42,615 nucleotides of DNA from Planctomycetaceae bacterium. Its GTDB lineage: Bacteria; Planctomycetota; Planctomycetia; Pirellulales; UBA1268. A program made the translations under genes and the position numbers. The stretch lies in contig JABHNP010000304.1 of the NCBI GenBank assembly GCA_018694455.1, positions 1 through 42,615 of the forward strand, in the 5' to 3' direction. The notes under the pieces are model-generated. The model was not told the origin of the DNA. It did no database searches and was given only the letters and a program-made list of their open reading frames with translations. The number at the start of each line of letters is the position of its first letter. Positions within the stretch are counted from its first letter, which is position 1. Positions 32,929 through 40,549 of the stretch are shown here, piece after piece.

Positions 32929-35754
32929 TTACTCAAGAAAGGTGAATGCATTCGAGTTAAGAATTGCTCGACACACGAGGAAAAGATCTTTTGGATTGGT
33001 GATACTCTGTACCGCCGCCTTTTCATCAGCGGTTGGCTGGCGAGCAAGAAGGAGTTCAAAACAGCGGTCGAGCGCTGCCGGTAGATTGTTATCGGTGTTT
33101 TCAAGTGATCGTTCAGCAATGAGTTTCGACTGTGACATCACAAATGGACTGTTCATTAAATTGAGTGCCTGAAGTGGTGTTGTTGAAACCGGTCGCTTCG
33201 CTCGAACCTGACCGCAGTCAGGAAAGTCAAACGCAGTAAACATGCAGTCGTCTACCCGACGCATTCGTTCCTGGTAGATCATCCGCCGCCATGTCTCTTC
33301 ACTGTAATTGTCGAGGACTTGCCACTGTGCATACCGCTTTTTGACATTATGGATTCTGTAGCTTGGGCCCCCGAGTTCTGGTCGGAGTGAATCTGAGGCA
33401 ACAAGAATGGCGTCCCGAATGACTTCAGCCTCAAGTCGCCGTGGAGGGAATCGCCAAAGGAGACTGCTTGTTCCATCAATAGAGAGAGCCTCTTCGTCGG
33501 GCTTGCTTTCCTGTGTAAAGGCACGAGAGGTGACAAGTAGCCTCAGGATATGTTTGACGGACCAAGGTCTTACTGAGTGGGCACTGGCCATTATCGTTGG
33601 TTCTGTGAATTCTGAAGCTAGCCAGTCAAGCAGTTCTGGGTGTGTTGGTTTGGCACCAGCGAAACCAAAGTCACCCGTTGTTGTGACAATGCCTTGTCCA
33701 AAGACATGATGCCACATTCGATTCACCATGACCCGAGCCGGGAGTGGGTTTGTTGGCCCTGTGAGCCAGTCGGCAAAAGCCTCTCTTCGTGCCTGGCCAG
33801 ACGCATTACTGTCGAGTTGCAAATCACCAACAAGAACAAGAGGAGCTGCTGGTGCGACTTCATCTCGCGGGTTTTCGGGACTTCCACGATGGAAGACATG
33901 TGTTGGCCCGGGGGTTTTGAATCTGCCAACAAAACTTGGCCGAGGCCCTTCCGTATTGAATTGAGCAATCAGGCGTTGAAGCTTTTGTAAGGCATCTTGT
34001 CGGAAAGAAAACTTTTTGTTGAGTTGTGAGTTTTTTTCAGATTCAGCGACAGTCTGCCACGTGCCATCCGCAGTCTGGGTTTCAATACGATATTTTGGAA
34101 AGTTGAACGGCTTCAAGTCTGTTAGGTAGTCAGTATCGAAGAAGTTCTCCCTGTTTGTGCTCAAGCGAATACGGTCGATTTCAGTTGGCTTTGTGAATTG
34201 AAACTCCAGCCAAGGATTCCCCTTTTCTCCTTGTGGTACACGCGCAGCCCACCGCTCAGTTCCGTACTCACCGTCGTTCACTTTCCAGAGCTCATTGCGT
34301 AGCACCTCCATGCCCGGTGCTGCTATTACAGTTGCACCACTTTCGGAACTGGCCACATTGTCTTGAAGATCGTGAAGACCGAAGATTTCAAGTTCATCAA
34401 GCCCGATATATCGACTGAGAAAGGTTATCCGAACAGCGTTTGTTGTTGCACTTGGGAAATGGATTTCGCCATAGCCAGCCCAGTCCTCTTGCCATGTGCC
34501 AGCATCACGAAGTCGATACCGTTGCTTTGCGATCTCTTTATTGAGTTTCTGTGCGGCTTCACGACGAGGATGGCGTTCGTCGAGTTCCGGGTAGCGGCTT
34601 CCAAATTCAACATCTTGGAATACTGCAGAAAGTGAGTAGTAGTCACGAATCGTAATTGGATCAAATTTGTGATTGTGGCAGCGGGCACACCCAATGGTCA
34701 CACCGAGAGCAGATGCACCAACGGTCTGAAGAATCTCATCCATGCGATCTGCTCGTGCCTGCCGGCGGGCAGACGGTTCTTGGCCGACAGTTGCAACAGG
34801 AACATGCGGTCCGGAGACCAAAAAGCCAGTTGCATCTCCATGACCAACCACGTCCCCAGCGATTTGCTCGGTGAGAAATTCGTTATAGGGCTTGTCTTCA
34901 TTAAATGCCCTGATGACATAATCACGATAGATCCAGGCATTTTTCCGATACATGTTACTTTCGGAGCCGTTCGTCTCAGCCCAGCGAATCACGTCAAGCC
35001 AGTGCTGTGCCCAGCGTTCACCAAAATGGGGTGATTCAAGAAGTTGTTCTATAAGTGTGATGTACGCACCGTCTGCATCTGTCTCACAGGATTTTTGAAA
35101 GCTAAGAACGTCCTCGGGTGTTGGTGGGAGGCCGGTAAGTACGATCGATGCACGGCGAATCAGGGTTGCGGGATTCGCCGGCTTTGAAAAATGGAGAGAT
35201 TTTTGACGGAGTTTTCTTAGAAGAAAAGCATCGATTGGGTTTTGCTCGTGCTCGTCTGGTACGGAAGGACAGGCAACTGGCTGAAACGACCACGGCACCT
35301 CTTCGGCAGTATAGGCTATTTTGTCATTCATTTGCCCCGGCCACTGCGCACCATCAGTGATCCACTGCCGTAAGAGTTCAATCTGCTGTTCCGGTAGCTT
35401 GTCGCCATCCGTTGGCATCGCCATGTCTGGGTCGCGATGTTCCACGACTTCAATGAGATAACTTTTTTCGGGATGTCCTGGAACAAGTGTTGGGAGTCCG
35501 TAGTCGCCACCTCTGAGCATCATTGCTCGTTTGTCTAGTCGCAGGCCAGACTCCTGCTCGTCTTCGCCGTGGCAGTGCCAGCAGTTCTCTTCGAGTATCG
35601 GCTGGATATCCTTTTCGAAATCGATGGCTGCTTCTGTGATTTGAGTTGCTTGCAGATAAAGCGTTGCCAGGCAGCACAGGAGAATAAGTCTCGCTGAACA
35701 GAAGTTGGAACGGTGTGTTGGAGCGGCGTGTTGAATCATGGTGACCTGTCTCAC
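32929..35754 (-). CDS. PSCyt1 / DUF1549 / discoidin-like / DUF1553 (PSD1) protein
   Basis: Motifs: N-terminal C-W-H-C-H (35569-35583) in ILEENCWHCHGEDEQESGLRLD (planctomycete cytochrome-c-like domain); RRASIVLTGLPPTPEDVLSF (DUF1549); CARCHNHKFDPI; an F5/8-type-C-like segment (NAVRITFLSRYIGLDELEIFG); and the C-terminal CRAILNSNAFTFLE. The start could be ATG 35739 instead. Confidence 0.92.
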   Translation of the reverse strand: MRQVTMIQHAAPTHRSNFCSARLILLCCLATLYLQATQITEAAIDFEKDIQPILEENCWHCHGEDEQESGLRLDKRAMMLRGGDYGLPTLVPGHPEKSYLIEVVEHRDPDMAMPTDGDKLPEQQIELLRQWITDGAQWPGQMNDKIAYTAEEVPWSFQPVACPSVPDEHEQNPIDAFLLRKLRQKSLHFSKPANPATLIRRASIVLTGLPPTPEDVLSFQKSCETDADGAYITLIEQLLESPHFGERWAQHWLDVIRWAETNGSESNMYRKNAWIYRDYVIRAFNEDKPYNEFLTEQIAGDVVGHGDATGFLVSGPHVPVATVGQEPSARRQARADRMDEILQTVGASALGVTIGCARCHNHKFDPITIRDYYSLSAVFQDVEFGSRYPELDERHPRREAAQKLNKEIAKQRYRLRDAGTWQEDWAGYGEIHFPSATTNAVRITFLSRYIGLDELEIFGLHDLQDNVASSESGATVIAAPGMEVLRNELWKVNDGEYGTERWAARVPQGEKGNPWLEFQFTKPTEIDRIRLSTNRENFFDTDYLTDLKPFNFPKYRIETQTADGTWQTVAESEKNSQLNKKFSFRQDALQKLQRLIAQFNTEGPRPSFVGRFKTPGPTHVFHRGSPENPRDEVAPAAPLVLVGDLQLDSNASGQARREAFADWLTGPTNPLPARVMVNRMWHHVFGQGIVTTTGDFGFAGAKPTHPELLDWLASEFTEPTIMASAHSVRPWSVKHILRLLVTSRAFTQESKPDEEALSIDGTSSLLWRFPPRRLEAEVIRDAILVASDSLRPELGGPSYRIHNVKKRYAQWQVLDNYSEETWRRMIYQERMRRVDDCMFTAFDFPDCGQVRAKRPVSTTPLQALNLMNSPFVMSQSKLIAERSLENTDNNLPAALDRCFELLLARQPTADEKAAVQSITNPKDLFLVCRAILNSNAFTFLE

Positions 35755-35806
35755 GTGATATCTTACAGAGGATCAATTTATTCTAGGCCGGTACGGCCAG
35801 ATTGCC

Positions 35807-37630
35807 TTATTGTGTGGCTTCTTCGGCAACGACTTTTTTGTGTGCTTGAAGTTCTGGCCAGCTAAGGGTTCCGTCTTTGTCCGCGTCTGCATCAGGATTC
35901 TTTTTAAAATAAAGATCTTTCCAATATTCATTACTTTTTGGTTCAGGTTTCCCGGGAGCCTTCCACTGTGGCTGTGGGGGGGCAACACCTTTTTCTGGAA
36001 GACGCGACGCAAGTGTCTGCCGGAAGCGTTGAATCCGGTCTTGATGTTTTGTTTTGGTTGCAAGGTTTTCCCATTCATTTGGGTCCGATGCAGTGTTGTA
36101 GAGCTCTTCTTTTCCGTTCTCGTAGCGAATGTATCGCCAACCACTGCTGCGAAGCGAATAGCTTTCTTTGTGTGGGTCATATTTCATCCGCCACTTGTAG
36201 AGCGCGGTGAGGGCTTCATCTGGACCCGTCCAGGTCCCGCTAGTCGGGTCCTTTAAGAGTGGCCGAAAGCTGTGACCATCGAGTGGATGCCCTTTTTCAT
36301 TTTTCATCGTGTCGCCTTCGAGGTCACAGAGGTCACAGAGTGTTGGGTAGATGTCAACGAGTGACACAGGTCGATCGCATGTTGTGTCAGCCAGAGCAAT
36401 TCCTGGGGCTCGTACAATTAACGGGATTCGTGTGCTCTCCTGCCACAGTGAATTTTTGTAGAGATAGTCTTTTTCACCCATTCCCCAGCCATGGTCGCTT
36501 GTGAGCACAATAATTGTACTGTCTTTCAGTTCGGTGGTATCAATTACATCAAGAATTCGACCAACCTGCTCATCAACAGAGGCAATGCTGGCAAGGTATG
36601 CTTGAATAAAATGCCGAAGTGCGTCATCACGCGACTCGTAAGATTCCACAAGCTTGTGGAAGAGCTTTCCGCCCATGTCTTCGGTTCGCTCGGAGTTTGG
36701 TTCCTTGCCTTCAGGAAGCCCCCGGATTGTCTGCGCGAAGGTGTCGTCGATATCACCGTCAAGAATTTCAGGCAATGAGATTTCATCCACGGGGAACATG
36801 TTAAAAAACTTCTGCGGAACAATAAGCGGCGTATGGGGCCGAATGAACCCGACACCCATAAAGAACGGTTTACGATTCTTTGCCTTTGTTGCAGCGAGTG
36901 CTCGAAGTTGTTCAACGGCCCAGTCTCCATTTTTTTCATCGGGAGTAGGATCATTTTCACCCGAGCGATGGATTTTGAGTTCGTCGACTTTCTGCCACCC
37001 GCCTGTTCTCCACATAAGCGGCCTGCCATCCTTTGTGGTTCTTCCTTCAATATTCACAAGTGGACCAAAAGAACCATCAACTGGACCAATTTCGCTATAT
37101 GGAGTGGGCGTGTCAGGATGCGGCTGATTGTCTTTCCCGTCGTAGGCGAATGGTCCGTAGTCAGCGCGATTGCCAAAGTTTTTCCATTCTCCACGAACCA
37201 TATGGTGCAGAAGCTTCCCGGTTCCCACGGTGTAGTATTTGTTCTGACGGAAATAATCCATGAGTGTTCGGGAGTTTTTCAGGACTTCATAGGTGTCCCA
37301 TTTTGTAAACCCGTAGCAGCCTGAGTTGTGCGGGTAGATGCCGGAGAACAGGCATGCCCGAGACGGACCGCAGATTGGAATGTTGCAATGTGCCTGCGTA
37401 AATCGAACGCCTGAATCAGCAAGTCTCACCATGTTCGGTGTCACTGTTTGTGGGTGTCCATTAAACCCTTCAATGTAGTCATTTAAATCATCACAAATAA
37501 TGAAGACTACATTTGGACGGTCTGTTCCGTCATTTTGTTTTGCTGCAGCCACACAGATGGTGCCCATCGCCATGACGATGGTACCGCAGGCAAACAAAAG
37601 CCACGAGTGGGTTGATACAGAGCGATGCAT
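35807..37630 (-). CDS. Cys-type sulfatase with C-terminal EF-hand loop
   Basis: ATG 37630 has GGAAGG about 6 nt upstream. The track uses TTG 37642. Motifs: RPNVVFIICDDLND and C-G-P-S-R in CNIPICGPSRACLFSG. The C-terminal DADKDGTLSWPE (35852-35887) is a canonical EF-hand loop. Confidence 0.92.
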   Translation of the reverse strand: MHRSVSTHSWLLFACGTIVMAMGTICVAAAKQNDGTDRPNVVFIICDDLNDYIEGFNGHPQTVTPNMVRLADSGVRFTQAHCNIPICGPSRACLFSGIYPHNSGCYGFTKWDTYEVLKNSRTLMDYFRQNKYYTVGTGKLLHHMVRGEWKNFGNRADYGPFAYDGKDNQPHPDTPTPYSEIGPVDGSFGPLVNIEGRTTKDGRPLMWRTGGWQKVDELKIHRSGENDPTPDEKNGDWAVEQLRALAATKAKNRKPFFMGVGFIRPHTPLIVPQKFFNMFPVDEISLPEILDGDIDDTFAQTIRGLPEGKEPNSERTEDMGGKLFHKLVESYESRDDALRHFIQAYLASIASVDEQVGRILDVIDTTELKDSTIIVLTSDHGWGMGEKDYLYKNSLWQESTRIPLIVRAPGIALADTTCDRPVSLVDIYPTLCDLCDLEGDTMKNEKGHPLDGHSFRPLLKDPTSGTWTGPDEALTALYKWRMKYDPHKESYSLRSSGWRYIRYENGKEELYNTASDPNEWENLATKTKHQDRIQRFRQTLASRLPEKGVAPPQPQWKAPGKPEPKSNEYWKDLYFKKNPDADADKDGTLSWPELQAHKKVVAEEATQ

Positions 37631-37648
37631 AAGGCCTTCCAATTATTT

Positions 37649-39406
37649 CTAGTGAACCCGTCCGACTACGTAGATGTCATGAATTTCATCAGATGACAAG
37701 GCAGCGTTCAAGATAATCATTTCGTCAATAACGCCGTCAAGGTTACGGACAGCAAAGTCCGGTGTTTTTCGGAACGGCTGCCCCCAGTTGCCAATTTCTG
37801 CAGCACCAATTTGAAGAGTATCAATGACAAACTCATTTTCAATTTTTTCCTGGCAAGTAACTGTGCCGTTTACATATTGTGTGACTAGCCGTGCTGCGGG
37901 GTCGTAGACGGCTGCAAGGTGAACCCACTGACCAGTCATGGAAGGCATCCAGACCGCATCAGAGAAGTAGACGTGGTGGAGCCCCTTGTCTTGAATTGGC
38001 GGTGAGTTTGGGCCAGTTGAATAAAAGAGTTCTTGTGAGTCGTCGACCATCACCGAAAACATAAGTTGTCCATCATGTCGAATTTGCCAGTGAGGTTCAC
38101 CGTTTTCATATCCGTCAGATAAAAACAGTGCATTGTATTTGTGCTTCAAGCTATTTATTTTTGCCCAGCAGGAAAATGTATAGGCAGAAAACGTTCCGTT
38201 AATTTTTGTCCTGATGCGGCTCCCTGGTCGACTCATAAGAACGCCAACGGATTCCTTCTCGAACCGTCCCGGAACAGTCTCGACTAAACCAAGAAGTTGC
38301 CCTGCGCTTGCAAAGTCAGTCTTGGCAATATTTGGATAGCGACGGCCAGTGAATTTTTTTTCTGCCGGAAATAATGCAATCAGTCGAGGGTCGGCAGCAA
38401 GTTCCTTCATGAAGTGGCGATATGAGGCGTGCTGTTTTTTTAAGTCGTCTCTCGATTGTTGTTCGATTGCATCGAGTTGCGGAATCCGACTGAGAAATTC
38501 GGAGTCGACCGCTTCGCGATCGAGAGAAGTCTGCTCCCCGGCCTGCAAAAGGTCGTCATCGAACTGCTTGCCCCGCAAAAGAACCTCGCCATCGATCACG
38601 GCAACCTGCGCCCTCCCTTCACTCATATCGAGCGCAAACCGTGTGCCGAGGTCAATGATGTCAGTGCCGGCAGCCTTGACAATAAACCCTTGAGCCGCTG
38701 GGGGTACTGTCGCTTCAATACGACCATTTTTTACTGAAACGGCCCAGTCAGAAATGACATCAAGTTGAGCCGGACCTTCTACAACCAGCGTTGCCCCGCA
38801 GAAAAAATCAATCACAGCGACACCGCCAGAAAATGCAAAGCCACCAGGCGGGAGGAGGCTGCCGTCAGTGATTTTTTGCTCATCGTTTGGCCATGACACA
38901 TCAATCGTCTTCCGAAGGACAGCGTGTCCTGTGAGAGTTGATTCCACTCCTCCCCAGGTCTTCTTTTTGGTAGGTGTATTCTTAGGAATAGGCGTTGTGT
39001 CAGTGTGAGTAAGGTCCGGCGTTGCGACGTATGGCTCACCGCCATTTTTGCCGATCATGTAGCCCGTCAAACCGATGAGTAAACAAATGCTCAAGGCGGC
39101 TGCCAATTGAATTCTTGGCACGAGTCTGCCTGGTTGCCTCGAAGATGAATGTGCCACCATTCTTGATGGGGAAAAGACATCCTGTGCCTGAGGGCTGGCG
39201 AAATCACGGAGCATTCTGCTTGGGAAAACCTCACAAAGTGCCGTGTGTGTTTTGTGAAGCTCGTTGTAACGCTGTTGTGCTTCTGCTGAGTTTTCCAGTA
39301 TCGAATCCAGTTTTTGTGCATCGCTGTGGCTAAGAGACTGGTCAGTCGATAAGGAGATCAGGCGATCAAGTTCAGCTGAATCAATGTTGTCACGCATGAT
39401 GTTCAC
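37649..39406 (-). CDS. Anti-sigma factor: N-terminal anti-sigma helix bundle, one TM, FecR-like domain, C-terminal LamG-like jelly-roll
   Basis: The gene starts 21 nt after the ECF sigma stop (GTG 39406 or ATG 39397). One TM segment is present (LAAALSICLLIGLTGYMIG). FecR-like segment: GVAVIDFFCGATLVVEGPAQLDV...GRIEATVP. C-terminal LamG_3-like segment: FSAYTFSCWAKINS...WVHLAAVYDPAARLVTQYVNGT...LDGVIDEMIILNAALSSDEIHDIY. Confidence 0.88.
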   Translation of the reverse strand: MNIMRDNIDSAELDRLISLSTDQSLSHSDAQKLDSILENSAEAQQRYNELHKTHTALCEVFPSRMLRDFASPQAQDVFSPSRMVAHSSSRQPGRLVPRIQLAAALSICLLIGLTGYMIGKNGGEPYVATPDLTHTDTTPIPKNTPTKKKTWGGVESTLTGHAVLRKTIDVSWPNDEQKITDGSLLPPGGFAFSGGVAVIDFFCGATLVVEGPAQLDVISDWAVSVKNGRIEATVPPAAQGFIVKAAGTDIIDLGTRFALDMSEGRAQVAVIDGEVLLRGKQFDDDLLQAGEQTSLDREAVDSEFLSRIPQLDAIEQQSRDDLKKQHASYRHFMKELAADPRLIALFPAEKKFTGRRYPNIAKTDFASAGQLLGLVETVPGRFEKESVGVLMSRPGSRIRTKINGTFSAYTFSCWAKINSLKHKYNALFLSDGYENGEPHWQIRHDGQLMFSVMVDDSQELFYSTGPNSPPIQDKGLHHVYFSDAVWMPSMTGQWVHLAAVYDPAARLVTQYVNGTVTCQEKIENEFVIDTLQIGAAEIGNWGQPFRKTPDFAVRNLDGVIDEMIILNAALSSDEIHDIYVVGRVH

Positions 39407-39427
39407 TTTTGATCGTAATGAGTTGTG

Positions 39428-39895
39428 TTATTTTTGAATTTTTCGCTGGATGCATTGTCCAAGTTTTTTTCGAATTCGTGACAATCGCATACCAATCGCA
39501 TCAAGGCTCATGTTCATTGTGGAGGCGATGGTGGCGAGTGGTATGTCTTCTCGGTATCGCTGTTCAATAAGTTTGCTTTCATCAACGTTCAGTTGCTTGA
39601 CGCAGTCCTTAAGGGCACTCACCCGCGCATCGTCATCGACTTGAGATGAATCTGTTTCGTTGTCTATCTGTTCATAGACCGTGTCAGAGAAAACTAACCG
39701 ATTTCTTGATTGGTTTTTTCTCCAGGCCATGAGTTGGAATCGAGCGATCGTAAATGTCCAGGCCTCGAAGCTCGTTCCTGGCCTGTAATCCGTAGCTTTT
39801 TGCCAGATGACAAGGTTTGTCCGCTGGAGAACTTCAAGCGTTTGGTCTCTGTCAGCAAGGCGCTTCAAAATGAATCCGTAAAGCCGAGGTTGCAT
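39428..39895 (-). CDS. ECF-type RNA polymerase sigma-70 family factor
   Basis: Region 2: LYGFILKRLADRDQTLEVLQRTNLVIWQKATDYRPGTSFEAWTFTIARFQLMAWRK. Region 4: LKDCVKQLNVDESKLIEQRYREDIPLATIASTMNMSLDAIGMRLSRIRKKL. The N-terminus looks short (see findings). Confidence 0.9.
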   Translation of the reverse strand: MQPRLYGFILKRLADRDQTLEVLQRTNLVIWQKATDYRPGTSFEAWTFTIARFQLMAWRKNQSRNRLVFSDTVYEQIDNETDSSQVDDDARVSALKDCVKQLNVDESKLIEQRYREDIPLATIASTMNMSLDAIGMRLSRIRKKLGQCIQRKIQK

Positions 39896-39995
39896 CGCCT
39901 CAAGTAATATCTCGAAATCACTTTGTTTTGAGGGTGTGTTCGTAGCAGCACCGGGGTTTTTTAGAAAAATTGCACAATAGCCGTCCTTGTAAATA

Positions 39996-40030
39996 GCAAC
40001 ACGTGCATGAAGCTAACATGCACGTGTTGC
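39996..40030 (-). terminator. Perfect 14-bp stem / 7-nt loop hairpin (terminator or operator)
   Basis: GCAACACGTGCATG (39996-40009) and CATGCACGTGTTGC (40017-40030) are exact reverse complements with loop AAGCTAA. The hairpin begins 30 nt downstream of the lipoprotein stop (40060) on the minus strand, and the minus-strand trailer is TATTTAC. It also lies ~100-135 nt upstream of the sigma ATG. Confidence 0.45.
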
Positions 40031-40059
40031 GTTTACTGAACAAAGTACTCTGGAAGAAG

Positions 40060-40416
40060 TTATTTCTTAAGGGGGATATGTTCGTTAAATTTCTCAGGGA
40101 CGTTAATGAGTTTAGCCATGTCACTGACAATAACTTTCATCTCTTCTTTGTCTTTTGCGCTTTTCTTCAGTTTTTTACACAACGCAATTAACGATTCTTT
40201 GTCGGATTCAGAATCAGTAAGACGATCGGCTAATTCAGAGATTTGCGATGGAACATTTTGCCCAAGTTCCTCGAGATCAAAAATTTCCTGAAGATTCGAA
40301 AGGGTATCAAGACGAATTTGGATGTTTTCCATTTCGGGCGAACCGCTCGTGCTCTCACCCGCACATCCAGAAAGAATAGCCACTCCTGCCAGAAGGGTGA
40401 TGAAATATTGCTTCAT
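40060..40416 (-). CDS. Small lipoprotein (acidic, helical), downstream of the DUF1559 gene
   Basis: ATG 40416 has AAGGA 7 nt upstream. MKQYFITLLAGVAILSGCAG carries the lipobox L-S-G-C. 118 aa. Confidence 0.75.
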   Translation of the reverse strand: MKQYFITLLAGVAILSGCAGESTSGSPEMENIQIRLDTLSNLQEIFDLEELGQNVPSQISELADRLTDSESDKESLIALCKKLKKSAKDKEEMKVIVSDMAKLINVPEKFNEHIPLKK

Positions 40417-40485
40417 TGAGAATCCTTATTAAAAAAAGAGGAATAATGACAATGTTCAAGTGCTTCATTGTCTGAGATTTGAAAC

Positions 40486-40521
40486 AGATCGGTGCAACGG
40501 TTTTGTGGCCGTCACACCGAT
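40486..40521 (-). other. Intercistronic stem-loop between the DUF1559 gene and its lipoprotein gene
   Basis: GATCGGTG (40486-40493) pairs with CACCGATC (40514-40521). An inner ACGG/CCGT helix (40496-40499 / 40508-40511) lies across a 2x2 internal loop. The flanking T/A runs are weak. Confidence 0.4.
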
Positions 40522-40549
40522 CTTTTGAGCAAATTAGCCGACGTCCTGT

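Noticed and set aside
36544-37324. Cluster of 157-168-aa ORFs (both strands) inside sulfatase 35807-37630
   Set aside because: All overlap the sulfatase CDS, which carries the DD metal site and the CGPSR motif. None has recognisable features.
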